A DNA stretch of 64,000 nucleotides. Source: Terriglobia bacterium. Lineage in GTDB: Bacteria; Acidobacteriota; Terriglobia; 20CM-2-55-15. The notes beneath the pieces are model-generated. The model saw nothing but the letters and a program-made list of their open reading frames with translations, was not told the DNA's origin and searched no databases. Location of the stretch: the NCBI GenBank assembly GCA_965198225.1, contig CBDAOY010000009.1, forward strand, positions 256,001 to 320,000. Direction: 5' to 3'. Position 1 is the first letter of the stretch; the number at the start of each line of letters is the position of its first letter. Of this stretch, positions 52,870-63,318 are shown in pieces. The translations under genes were made by a program, and so were the position numbers.

Positions 52870-55333
52870 GTGCCTGGTTTCATCCCGCGACATTTAGAAG
52901 CGAAACCGTTTCTTGCAGCAACGCTCGTCGCGTTCGTCTCCCTCGGCGCCGCTCCCGCCGTCCTCGGCGACGCGCTCGCTGCATTCGCTGGTCAGACCGC
53001 AGCTGCGCCGCCGGCCCGTCCGGCACAAATACCGTCCGCCCCCGCGGGCGGGGCCGGATACCCGGCCGACCTGGCCGAAGCACTTCGCTACGCTGTAGCT
53101 GCCCAGGGCACGGACTACGAGCCCCGAACGGCGCATCGACTTCCCGACGGCAGTCCTGTGTTCACCAATCGATTGATGCTGGAAGATTCTCCCTACCTGA
53201 GGCAGCACGCGCACAATCCCGTCGATTGGTTCCCCTGGGGCCGGGAGGCGTTCGAAAGGGCGGTCGAGGAAAACAAGCTGGTGTTTCTGTCGATCGGTTA
53301 CTCCAGCTGCCACTGGTGTCACGTCATGGAGCGCGAGAGTTTCGATAGGCTCGAGATCGCGCGGATGCTGAACGAACACTTTATCGCGATCAAGGTGGAT
53401 CGCGAGCGTCGACCGGATGTGGACGAGATCTACATGACGGCGATCCGGCTGACCAGCGGCGTTGTGCCGGTTACCCAACCTCCAGTTTCCTGGTGCCTGA
53501 CGGCAGGTCTTTTTACGGCGCGACCTACTTCGAGCCGGAACCGTTCCGCGAATTGCTACTCGAGATGGCGGACGCGTGGGAGACGCGGCGTGATGAAATA
53601 CTCGACGGAGCCGACAACGTCGCACGGGCTGTCGACGAAGTCACGACTGCGCGTGGGGGAGGGTTGGAGGTCGGCGAACGGCTCGTTGCGCGCACCGCCG
53701 GCCAGATCATGGAGGGATTCGATTCGGAGTTCGGGGGGTTCAGCCCGGCTCCGAAGTTTCCGAGCGAACCTCAGCTTCTGTTCCTTCTCGATCGCGCGAT
53801 ACGCCAAGAGGAAGAGCACATCGTCGCGGCACTCGAGAAGACCCTCACCGCGATGGCTTTTGGCGGAATATACGATCAGCTGGGCGGGGGGTTCCATCGA
53901 TACTCCACCGACGAGCGCTGGCTGGTGCCCCATTTCGAAAAGATGCTCTACAACCAGGCAAACCTGGTGCGTGTTTACCTGAAGGCATACGAGCTCACCC
54001 GACACGACCTTTACTCACGGATTGCAAGACAGACCCTAGACTTCGTCCTGAGAGAACTCACCTCCCCCGATGGCGCCTTCTATTCATCCATCGACGCCGA
54101 CAGCGAGGACCGGGAGGGCGCTTTCTTCGTCTGGACGCGAAACGAGATCGATACTGTGCTCGCGCCCGACGACGCTCGACTGGCAATCGACCTGTTCGGC
54201 ATCAGCGTGGACGGAAACTTCGAAGGGAAGAATGTCCTGCATGTCGCGCGGCCTCCAGACGTCTTATCCAGCGACTACGGACTAACGCTACCGGCTTTCC
54301 TGATTCGGTCCGACCGGATTCGGCAACAACTGCTTGAAGCGAGGGTGAGGCGGATACCGCCTCTCCGGGACGAGAAGATCATCACGGCATGGAACGGCAT
54401 GATGATCACAGCTCTGACAGATGCGGCACGGGTCCTGGGACGAGAAGAGTACCTCGAAGACGCAAGACGTGCGGCGGAATATCTGTGGGCCCGTGGCCGG
54501 ACTCGCGATGGTCCGTCCTTGCTCTGCTGGACGACCATGCGTTCATGACGGAGGCCATGACGGCCCTCTACGACAGCACCGGTGATGACAAGTGGCTCGG
54601 CCGGGCACGTGATCTCGCCGGCGAGATGCTTGATCTGTTCTGGGATGACGAGTCCGGTGGTTTCTTCATGAGCCGGGATGAAGCCGGCGCCAACCTGATG
54701 GTACGGCCCAAGAGTCCCTACGAGGGCGCCGTCCCTTCGGGCAATTCGGCGGCCGTTCGCGACCGGGCCCGACTCGCCGCAATGACGGGCGAGGAAAAGT
54801 ATCGCGACCGGGCGCTTGGAACGATCGCGGCCTTCTCGGACGCAATCGCGAGGCGAGGACTGGCCTTCTCCTACATGATGATAGGAGCTCAGGAGGCTAG
54901 GAACGGAGTCGCGGGACCCAGCCAGTTCGGCGCACGCGGGGTCGTGAGGGCAAGCGGCCGCCTCGAAGTAGACCAAGGCAGCCCGAGACTCGTCGTCGAC
55001 ATCACCATCCGGGATGGATGGCACATCAACGCCAACCGGACACTGCAGGACGCACTGATCCCGACGACGTTGACTCTCGCCGACAACCCCCGGGGTTGGG
55101 AACTGCAAGGCGTGAATTATCCCGTACGAAGACTCGTCACTCTGGGGTTTCAACAGGAACCGCTCGCGGTCTTCGAAGGCAGGATACGGCTGAGCGGGCG
55201 ATTGCGTTCCGACGATGGGGAACGGATTGTGCCGGCACGTCTGTCGATCCAGGCCTGCAGCGATGAGGTATGCCTCCGACCGGAGGAGTTGTACCTGGAG
55301 GTCCCGGCCGCCGCTGGCGCGGCGAACGATTAG
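52870..55333 (+). pseudogene. Frameshifted YyaL/DUF255 thioredoxin-domain protein with C-terminal DsbD-N-like domain
   Basis: [26 protein letters not shown]; PHFEKMLY; LDDHAF, PSGNS, GWHINAN, QACSDEVC fall in three frames; breaks near 53462 and 54515. Confidence 0.88.
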
Positions 55334-55587
55334 CCAGCCGGCTTCTCCGAAAGGCGCCGGATCGCTTCCTCGGCGATCTGCCGTACCCGAACGGCCGGCA
55401 GCACATCATCACCGAAGGTCTCCAGGGCCTGGGGCGCCCAGTCCTTGATCTCCGGGCGCACGAAAGATGCTTCCTCGATGACGCGGTTGAGCGCGCGCCA
55501 CTGGTTCATCCAGTCAACCTGGTCGTCTCCTCCCAGGCTGTCACATATCTCCTTCAATCGCCGGATCCAATCCGATTCATCCGGCAT
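55330..55587 (-). CDS. Small hypothetical protein (85 aa)
   Basis: Amphipathic helical ORF convergent with YyaL-like gene; start uncertain. Confidence 0.55.
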   Translation of the reverse strand: MPDESDWIRRLKEICDSLGGDDQVDWMNQWRALNRVIEEASFVRPEIKDWAPQALETFGDDVLPAVRVRQIAEEAIRRLSEKPAG

Positions 55588-55817
55588 TACGATGTTTCCC
55601 ACGCTAAAGGCCTCCGAAAGGCTTCGTCCCCGCGTGGTTCGGCTGCGAGAACGCCTACATGTTTGTTCCCAAAGCATGGCTTGTCAACAACTTTCAGGGC
55701 TCCGCAAGCATTCGAAAGAACCTGAACGAACGAGGACACTCGCCTTGTTTCGATTGCCTGGCAACGTGCTGTCGAGCTAGCATCTTGGGCAACTCGGAGA
55801 ACTCGCGGAACAGGCTC

Positions 55818-58403
55818 ATGATCGGCAGACAGATTGCACATTACGAAATCACCCAAAAGCTGGGTGAAGGCAGCATGGGCGAAGTGTATCGCGCACGGGA
55901 CACCCGCCTGAATCGCGATGTGGCGCTTAAGGTCATGCCGGCCTCGTTCAGTGGAGACCCCAAGAGAATGGCCCGCTTCGAGCGGGAGGCCCAGGTCCTG
56001 GCGTCGCTCAATCACCCGAACGTGGCAGGGATCTACGGGTTCGAGGAATCCGACGGGATACACTGCCTGGTTCTGGAGTTGATCGAAGGGGATTCGCTCA
56101 GCGACCGGCTGGGCGAAGGCTCTCTGTCGCTATCGGATACACTCGACATCGCCTCGCAGGTCGCGGCGGCTCTCGAAGCGACCCACGATGAGGGAATTAT
56201 CCACCGCGATCTCAACCCTGCGAACATCAAGATCCTGGAAAACGGAACGGTCAAGATTCTGGACTTCGGCCTCGCCAAGGTTTTCATGGATGAGACCGAG
56301 GCTCCGGCAGCCCTTTCAACCCAGGCTGGAGTTCTCCTTGGAACGCCAGCCTACATGAGTCCGGAGCAAGTCCGCGGCCGAGCCGTAGACAATCGCACGG
56401 ATGTGTGGGCCTTCGGGTGCGTGGTTTTCGAGATGCTGACCGGCACCCATGCCTTCCTGAAGGAGACGGTTCCCGACACGCTGGCGGCAGTGATGGATCA
56501 CGACCCGGCGTGGAGCCTGCTGCGCGCCGACACCCCGCCGGCCCTGCGGCGGGTTCTTCACCGGTGTCTGAACAAGGACCCACAGCGGCGGCTGCGCCAT
56601 ATCGGCGACGCAGCCCTGGAGATCGAAGAAGCCCACCGCGAAGCCGCAGGGGCGGGCTCGACTACTACCGGTGCCAGGAAATCCACTGGATGGAGGATGG
56701 TCGCAACAGTGGGAGTGATCGCCCTGGTCATAGGCGTCCTTGTGGGCTCGGTCGCCAGGAACCCGGCCCTGGTCGCCCCCGAAAGCACCGGGGGCAGGAT
56801 CCTCCAGCTGACGGACCACCCCATGGTCGAAGCCTGGCCGAGCTTCTCACCGGACGGACGGTCGGTCGTTTACGCGAGCAATGCCTCTGGCGACTGGGAC
56901 ATCTATCTGCAGCGGGCTGGCGGAACAAACGCGATCAACCTGACAGAGGACTCCGAAGCCAACGATGATTCGCCCGCACTTTCGCCCGACGGAGAGCTTA
57001 TCGCGTTCCATTCGGACCGGGGCGGCACCAAAGGCATTTTTCTGATGGGAGCCACCGGTGAATCGGTTCGGAGGCTGACCGACGACGAGGGATCCAACCC
57101 CGCATGGTCTCCGGACGGAAGCCGAATCGTATACGGAATCGGCGAGGAGATTTCTTTCAATCCGGCTGGAAGGAACGCAATCACGGCAACACTCTGGATT
57201 GTGAACGTCGAAAGCCAGAGCGAGCCACAGCACCTCGAAACCGGCCGGGACGCCGTGCAGCCGAGTTGGTCGCCAAACAGACATAGGATCGCGTTCTGGG
57301 GACTGGACCGGGCCGCCGGATCAGGTCAGCGTGATATTTGGACCGTATCCTCCGCGGGGGGTGTGGCCGTTGCCGCCACCCAGGATGCCCACGTGGATTG
57401 GAACCCCGTCTGGTCGGCCGACGGCCTTTATCTGTACTTCGCCAGCGATCGGGCCGGGGGGATGAACGTGTGGCGCCTCCCGATCGATGAGGAATCTGGA
57501 ACAGTTCTTGGACCGGCGCAGCAGATCACGACCGGGGCTTCCAGCCAGCACATGCACCTGGCGCTCGGACGGACTAACGATCAACTGGCGTACGTCGAGC
57601 GCAGGACCAGCACGAACCTGTTTAGAGTGGGCTTCGACCCCGCCAGCGGGGACCTGACAGGGGACCCGACCCCCATCACAGGTACCTCGCGAACAGTGAC
57701 CCGTCCCGACGTGTCAAACGACGGACAATGGTTAACGTACTCACTCTGGGGATCCAGGGAAGAGATCATCGTTAGTCGTGTGGATGGGAGCGATGTCCGT
57801 CAGTTGACGGACGATGAGTTCAGGAACCGGGGACCGCGTTGGTCGCCCGACGACAGCCAGATCGTATTTTATTCGGACCGCAGTGGTAGTTATGAGATCT
57901 GGTCGATGAATCCGGACGGGAGCAGTCTCGAACAGCTGACCGATACGTCAGAGAGCGAAATACTTCCTTTGTGGTCGCCGGACGGAACGCAGGTGGTCTA
58001 CGCTGCACGTCAGGAGGCACACCTTCTGACCCTGGAGTCGGGCCTCGTAGAGTCATTGCCCGGGGCGCCTTCGGAATGGACACCGAGTTCGTGGTCTCCC
58101 GATGGGTCCAAGCTGACCGGCACTTCCGAGGGCAGCCTCAACATCTACTCACGCGATTCAAGTAGCGTTATTCGCAAGGTGGAAGGAGCTAGCAATACTC
58201 ATCGCTGGCTGGATGATCAGACGCTCGTTTATTCTTTCGGACAACAGATGCGATTGGTGAGCGCTGTTTCGGGCGAGATTCGCGACCTCTACACCGCTGC
58301 CCCCGATGTAACGATAGCGCTCGCCGGTTTCTCCCCTCTACTTCTCGATGAGCAGTCCGCCGGAATCCGACATCTGGCTCCTGACGCTTCCTTAGACCCT
58401 TGA
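55818..58403 (+). CDS. Membrane Ser/Thr protein kinase with TolB-like (PD40) beta-propeller repeats, probably degenerate
   Basis: GEGSMGEVY, VALK, HRDLNPAN, DFGLAK, GTPAYMSPE, TM helix, repeated (W/F)SPDG; C-terminal frameshift near 58335. Confidence 0.9.
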   Translation: MIGRQIAHYEITQKLGEGSMGEVYRARDTRLNRDVALKVMPASFSGDPKRMARFEREAQVLASLNHPNVAGIYGFEESDGIHCLVLELIEGDSLSDRLGEGSLSLSDTLDIASQVAAALEATHDEGIIHRDLNPANIKILENGTVKILDFGLAKVFMDETEAPAALSTQAGVLLGTPAYMSPEQVRGRAVDNRTDVWAFGCVVFEMLTGTHAFLKETVPDTLAAVMDHDPAWSLLRADTPPALRRVLHRCLNKDPQRRLRHIGDAALEIEEAHREAAGAGSTTTGARKSTGWRMVATVGVIALVIGVLVGSVARNPALVAPESTGGRILQLTDHPMVEAWPSFSPDGRSVVYASNASGDWDIYLQRAGGTNAINLTEDSEANDDSPALSPDGELIAFHSDRGGTKGIFLMGATGESVRRLTDDEGSNPAWSPDGSRIVYGIGEEISFNPAGRNAITATLWIVNVESQSEPQHLETGRDAVQPSWSPNRHRIAFWGLDRAAGSGQRDIWTVSSAGGVAVAATQDAHVDWNPVWSADGLYLYFASDRAGGMNVWRLPIDEESGTVLGPAQQITTGASSQHMHLALGRTNDQLAYVERRTSTNLFRVGFDPASGDLTGDPTPITGTSRTVTRPDVSNDGQWLTYSLWGSREEIIVSRVDGSDVRQLTDDEFRNRGPRWSPDDSQIVFYSDRSGSYEIWSMNPDGSSLEQLTDTSESEILPLWSPDGTQVVYAARQEAHLLTLESGLVESLPGAPSEWTPSSWSPDGSKLTGTSEGSLNIYSRDSSSVIRKVEGASNTHRWLDDQTLVYSFGQQMRLVSAVSGEIRDLYTAAPDVTIALAGFSPLLLDEQSAGIRHLAPDASLDP

Positions 58404-58620
58404 TCCGCGGGTTGAGGATTCCGCTCTCGGGTGTTAGGGATCAAGCGTGCCTTCAGCACCCGACCCCGTCCGCGGCACAGGCACCATCGCCGGCAACTAT
58501 GTCTCATAACGCCTGGAGAGCTGCTTTAGGACGGCAGCGATAGTCGCATCCGACTGTGCTGATAGCTGAACTCTGATGACTGATCGCCTGCCATAAGAAC
58601 TAAAAATTCTCTGGGTTGAC

Positions 58621-59613
58621 TCAGAAGAGATCGCCCTTTCTTCTCTTCAGCAGAACGATAAAGAACGGTCCACCCAGCAGAGCCGTTATTACACCCACAG
58701 GTATCTCTGTCGGTGCGAACAGCGTCCGGGCCGCCGTGTCACACAGAACAAGGAAACCGGCGCCAACAAAGAAGGAGGCCGGAATGAGAACCCGGTGATC
58801 CGGACCGGCCATCAGTCTCAGTGAGTGGGGAACGATCAAACCGACGAACCCGATCGGGCCGCTGACGGCGGTAACGGCGCCAGTGAGCAGAGATCCGAAG
58901 AAATAGCAGACTACCTTCAGCTTCTCGACGTCGACACCACGGGTCGTCGCCCAGTCCTCACCGGCCGCCATGGGGTTCAGCTGCGGCGCATACCGCAGCA
59001 GGATCAACACCGCCAGGATGATTACCGGTGCGGTCTTGGCGATCATCGAATAGCTGGCGTCGTTCACGCCTCCCATCATCCACCGCACGATCAGGAACGA
59101 TTCGGTGAGGTTCGACGCGTACTGGATGAACAGAATCAACGCCGCGAAGATGAAGTTCAGCGTTACTCCGGCCAGCAGCAATGTGAACGTCGGCAATGCA
59201 TGCCGACTTCGGGCGATCAGAAAGACGAGAGAGATCGTGAGCAGGGCGCCGAGAAACGCGGCGATCGAAACGATTGGAACTCCGAGCAGCACGATATCCA
59301 ATCCGAGCCAGATCGCCAGGACCGCTCCGAAGGAACTGCCGCTGGATATACCCAGGGTAAACGGCGTCGCGAGCGGGTTGCGCAGGATTGCCTGAAACAG
59401 AACGCCGGCGACCGCCAGCGAGCCACCGGCGAGAGCTCCAAAGAGAATCCGGGGCAGCCGCGCAACCATGAATATTTCGCGGTCGGGACTCCTACCGGAC
59501 CAAACCCCCTGCCATGTGATGTCGGCGGAACCGACCCACGGCGTCACCAGCATCACGAGCGCGGCGAAAAGCGCACACGGTCCGACCAGCGTCACGAATC
59601 GTGTTGCAGTCAG
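58621..59613 (-). CDS. FecCD/BtuC-family ABC permease
   Basis: ARLPRI, RNPLATPFTLGISSG, GPIGFVGLIVPH, EIPVGVITALLGGPFF; start uncertain (59595-59613). Confidence 0.92.
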   Translation of the reverse strand: MTATRFVTLVGPCALFAALVMLVTPWVGSADITWQGVWSGRSPDREIFMVARLPRILFGALAGGSLAVAGVLFQAILRNPLATPFTLGISSGSSFGAVLAIWLGLDIVLLGVPIVSIAAFLGALLTISLVFLIARSRHALPTFTLLLAGVTLNFIFAALILFIQYASNLTESFLIVRWMMGGVNDASYSMIAKTAPVIILAVLILLRYAPQLNPMAAGEDWATTRGVDVEKLKVVCYFFGSLLTGAVTAVSGPIGFVGLIVPHSLRLMAGPDHRVLIPASFFVGAGFLVLCDTAARTLFAPTEIPVGVITALLGGPFFIVLLKRRKGDLF

Positions 59614-59620
59614 CCCTCGC

Positions 59621-60394
59621 TCAGGCGGACGGGATGACGTACTTGCCGTCTCCCCCAGGCCGGTCGAGGACAGTGGCTGTGATTTCAAAGACTTCATACA
59701 GTCGTTCGGGTGTCAGGATCTCTTCGGGAGCTCCGTCGGCCGCGACCGCGCCATCACGCAGGGCGACCATCCTCCGGGCGTACTGCGCCGCAAGGTTGAT
59801 GTCGTGGGTGACGGCGACGATCGTCAGATTCTGCTCACGATTCAGGCGCTCCAGAATCTTGTAGAAATGGATCTGGTGCTTCAGATCCAGGAACACCGTC
59901 GGCTCGTCGAGCAGGAGCACTTCCGGAGTCTGGGAAAGCGCGCTGGCCAGGACGACCCGCTGCCTTTCGCCGCCGCTCAGCTCGTTGAACATCTTCCCGC
60001 CCAGCTCGGACGTCTCGGTCAACTCCATTGCCTTTGTCACGAACTCCGAGTCGGCGGCGGAATCGAAGACAAAGCCACGACGGTATGGAAGACGCCCCAT
60101 CAGAATCATTTCATCGACGGTAAAGGGAAAGACGACGTGGGTTTCCTGCGGGACGAGAGCAAGCCTGCGCGACAGTTCGACGGGCAAGTACTCCGCAATC
60201 GAGCGCCCCTTGAAAGCGAGGGCCCCCTCAAAGCGCGAGACGATCCCGGCCATCAGCTTCAGCAGGGTCGATTTGCCCGCGCCATTCGGACCGACGACGG
60301 CGACAAACTCTCCAGCACTAATCTTCAACGACACATCACGCAGAACCGGCTCTGCGCCGTATCCAAAGCGGAGATCTTCAACGTCGTAGATCAT
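59621..60394 (-). CDS. Cobalamin/iron-chelate ABC transporter ATPase
   Basis: GPNGAGKST, LSGGERQR, LLLDEPT, VTHDINLA. Confidence 0.93.
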   Translation of the reverse strand: MIYDVEDLRFGYGAEPVLRDVSLKISAGEFVAVVGPNGAGKSTLLKLMAGIVSRFEGALAFKGRSIAEYLPVELSRRLALVPQETHVVFPFTVDEMILMGRLPYRRGFVFDSAADSEFVTKAMELTETSELGGKMFNELSGGERQRVVLASALSQTPEVLLLDEPTVFLDLKHQIHFYKILERLNREQNLTIVAVTHDINLAAQYARRMVALRDGAVAADGAPEEILTPERLYEVFEITATVLDRPGGDGKYVIPSA

Positions 60395-61839
60395 GCCGTC
60401 GTCAGGAGGTCCAGTAGCCCGGCGTCGAGGTGCTCGGTCGCTACCTTTGCCAGGCGATCGTAGGTCGCGTGTTTGGAGTGACCGACGCCGGCCGGGCGCC
60501 AGCTCATGCCGAGCTGTGTAGCCACCATCGTCAGGAACTCGCTGGTAAACTCTGCGTTTTCAAAAATTCCGTGGAAGTAGGTGCCGCAGATACCGTCGGA
60601 AACCACTCCGTCCCGGCTCCCATCCACCTTCACGGCAAACGGACGGCTATCGCTCCTGGGGGTCGAACGTCCCATATGGATCTCGTAACCACGGATCGTG
60701 GGCCCGAGAAAGCTTCGTGCCTCGGCACGTCTGGTGGTCTTCTCCGGGGCCAACTTCGTGTCGACGTCAAGCAGGCCGAGCCCTTCGATGGAACCGCCTT
60801 CCTCGACGCCAGAAGGATCGGAAACCCTTGTCCCCAGTATCTGGTAGCCGCCGCATATTCCCAACACGAAAGAGCCGGAACGGACAGCCTTTCGCACCCA
60901 CGGCTCAAAGCCCCTCTGACGGATCCACTCAAGGTCTCGAATCGTATTCTTGCTGCCCGGAATAATCAACACCTCGGGGAACGGTCCTGATGGGGTCCTG
61001 AGGTAGTCGACCCCAACGCCGTCAATCTGGTCCAGCGGGTTGAAGTCCGTGTAGTTGGAGATGTGCGGCAGCTGAATCACTCCGACTCGGAACTCAGCCG
61101 GGGTCTGCTGTCGCTCTTCGAGCGAGACTCCATCCTCCTGGTCGATGTTCAGCGAGTCGATGTACGGCATAACGCCGAAACACCTCTGTCCGGTCCGTTG
61201 CTCGAGGAACCGGACCCCGTCGCCGAACAGCGCCACGTCACCTCGAAACCTGTTGATGATGAAACCACGGAGTGTTTCTGACGCTGCGGGTTGGAGCAGA
61301 TCGAATGTTCCGACGAGGGACGCAAACACGCCGCCACGGTCGATGTCGGCGACGACTACTGCCGGTGCACCGACCGCCTGAGCGAACGGTAGGTTGACGA
61401 TGTCCCGATCCATCAAGTTTATCTCCGCCGCGCTACCGGCACCTTCAAGGATGATCGCGTCATAACGAGCATCGAGCCTGCTGTAGCCTTCCAGCGCCTG
61501 CTCGAAGAAGAACCGTCGCTTCTCCGAATACTCGTTGCCGGTCATCGTCGCGTAAACGGAGCCGTTCAGCACCACCTGGAGCCGTCCTCCGGAGCTGGGC
61601 TTCAGAAGGATCGGGTTCATGTCGGGCTCCGGCTCGAGCCCCGCCGCTTCTGCCTGAACGACCTGGGCACGGCCGATCTCGGCCCCGTTGGCGCACACGA
61701 ACGAATTCAGGGCGATGTTCTGCGACTTGAAGGGCGCGACACGGATGCCGCGATTCCGAAGAATTCGGCATAAAGCCGTCACGATCAAGCTCTTTCCGAC
61801 GTGTGAGGCGGTACCGACGACCATCAGTGAGTGGGCCAT
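60391..61839 (-). CDS. cobQ: Cobyric acid synthase
   Basis: GTASHVGKS, APFKSQN, EGAGSAAEINL, DIDRGGVFA, GICGGYQ, GTYFHG. Confidence 0.95.
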   Translation of the reverse strand: MAHSLMVVGTASHVGKSLIVTALCRILRNRGIRVAPFKSQNIALNSFVCANGAEIGRAQVVQAEAAGLEPEPDMNPILLKPSSGGRLQVVLNGSVYATMTGNEYSEKRRFFFEQALEGYSRLDARYDAIILEGAGSAAEINLMDRDIVNLPFAQAVGAPAVVVADIDRGGVFASLVGTFDLLQPAASETLRGFIINRFRGDVALFGDGVRFLEQRTGQRCFGVMPYIDSLNIDQEDGVSLEERQQTPAEFRVGVIQLPHISNYTDFNPLDQIDGVGVDYLRTPSGPFPEVLIIPGSKNTIRDLEWIRQRGFEPWVRKAVRSGSFVLGICGGYQILGTRVSDPSGVEEGGSIEGLGLLDVDTKLAPEKTTRRAEARSFLGPTIRGYEIHMGRSTPRSDSRPFAVKVDGSRDGVVSDGICGTYFHGIFENAEFTSEFLTMVATQLGMSWRPAGVGHSKHATYDRLAKVATEHLDAGLLDLLTTA

Positions 61840-61927
61840 GATCACAAGGATATCTCACGATAGCGACCTTCGGATCGGCCGGCTGGGGTTTGACTCCCCA
61901 TGAAGCCAGCCGATAGAATCCGCGACT

Positions 61928-63127
61928 ATGGCCGATCAGTCGGAGGTGTGGGTCTTTCGTCTTACGATCGCGACGGCGGCTGCCGTTCTGGTCTCGATCG
62001 CCGCCTCGCAGATCCTGCTGACTCTGACGCTTCTGGCCTGGCTGGTCCTCCGACCCAGACCGATTCGCTGGCCGGCCTATTTCATCCCTCTCTCGGCGTT
62101 CATGCTCACAACTCTGCTGTCGCTGGCGATGTCGGCCGATCCGTCGGTCGGGTTCGGCCCTGTGAGCAAGTTTGTCCTTTTCAGCATGGGTCTCATCGCC
62201 GCCGCGTTCGTTACCGACGCGGGACGAATACGCGCCCTGACGGCGGTAATGATCATCGTCGCGACAGCCGCGGCATTGGCCGCAATCGTCCAGTTCGGCC
62301 TCCAGTATTCCGTGTATCTGACCTCGGGAGATCTGGCCGACGACCCGATGATCCTGGCGCGAGTCACCGGCTTCATGGGCCATTGGATGACGTTCAGCGG
62401 CCAGCAGATGCTCGTCTGGTGTGGGGCGGTTCCGCTGGTGTTTGCGTTGGGATCGCGAAAGTACATGATCCCGCTTGGTATAGTAGGTGTAGCGCTGCTG
62501 CTGAGCTTCACACGCGGCGTCTGGATCGGATCGGCCGCCGGGATCGGGGTCGCGGCGTTGTACCTTCCGAAGCGCCAGTTGCTCCGGTTGTTGATTCCCC
62601 TCGGCGTGATCGCGGTGCTGGCGTCCCCTTTGATCGCCCATCGGATCTCGATGAGTTTCCTCGAAGGTGGATTCGCGCCCGACCAGGCGCGACTGGCGTA
62701 CCTGGATGTCGGTGTTCGGATGATCCGGGACCACCCCCTGTTTGGCGTCGGCCCCGAGCGTATCGGTGTGGAGTTTCCAGACTACTACCACGGGGACGCC
62801 CTGAACTTCTTCTACGGCCACCTGCACAACAACTTCCTGCAGATCGGTGCGGAACGGGGACTGCTGTGCCTGGCGGCCTTCGTCTGGCTCCTGATCAGTC
62901 TGGGCGCGGATTTCGTGCGCAGAACGGCGTCGAAGAAAAACCTGGAGAAATGGATTGCCGTTTCGGGGTTGTCGGTCCTGGTGGCGTTTATCGTCGCAGG
63001 GCTCTTCGAGTATAACTTCGGGGACTCCGAAGTCCTGATGCTTTTCCTGTTTCTGGTTTCGCTCCCGTCTGAGCTGTCGGAGGCTCGCAGCTACGACGAT
63101 GTCCACGTGGCCTCACCGGAGGGTTAA
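61928..63127 (+). CDS. O-antigen ligase / Wzy_C family membrane protein
   Basis: Multiple TM helices, SFTRGVW, HPLFGVG, HLHNNFLQIGAERG. Confidence 0.9.
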   Translation: MADQSEVWVFRLTIATAAAVLVSIAASQILLTLTLLAWLVLRPRPIRWPAYFIPLSAFMLTTLLSLAMSADPSVGFGPVSKFVLFSMGLIAAAFVTDAGRIRALTAVMIIVATAAALAAIVQFGLQYSVYLTSGDLADDPMILARVTGFMGHWMTFSGQQMLVWCGAVPLVFALGSRKYMIPLGIVGVALLLSFTRGVWIGSAAGIGVAALYLPKRQLLRLLIPLGVIAVLASPLIAHRISMSFLEGGFAPDQARLAYLDVGVRMIRDHPLFGVGPERIGVEFPDYYHGDALNFFYGHLHNNFLQIGAERGLLCLAAFVWLLISLGADFVRRTASKKNLEKWIAVSGLSVLVAFIVAGLFEYNFGDSEVLMLFLFLVSLPSELSEARSYDDVHVASPEG

Positions 63128-63131
63128 CGCG

Positions 63132-63317
63132 ATGACACCACCAAAGCTGACCGGTGAAACGGCGAAGGCGATCGCTAAGATCGGCAACTGGGATCTGACC
63201 GACGAACGGGCCGAAGAGATCGCGGGAATCTTTCAGCCTCTGTACGACGACACTCGTGAGCTCCGAAAGATGGAGCTCGGGGACTCGGCTCCCGACACCC
63301 CCTTCGAGGCGGATTGA
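63132..63317 (+). CDS. Small acidic protein, GatC/AtzG-like amidase partner
   Basis: 61 aa, SD GGAGG, ends 1 bp before amidase, C-terminal P..PF pattern. Confidence 0.6.
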   Translation: MTPPKLTGETAKAIAKIGNWDLTDERAEEIAGIFQPLYDDTRELRKMELGDSAPDTPFEAD

Positions 63318-63318
63318 C

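Noticed and set aside
53455-53500. Programmed ribosomal frameshift in the YyaL-like gene
   Set aside because: No slippery sequence seen, and a second independent break with apparent deletion exists
61460-63106. 548-aa minus-strand ORF and many other long antisense ORFs
   Set aside because: Mirror frames of well-supported genes, with no recognisable motifs
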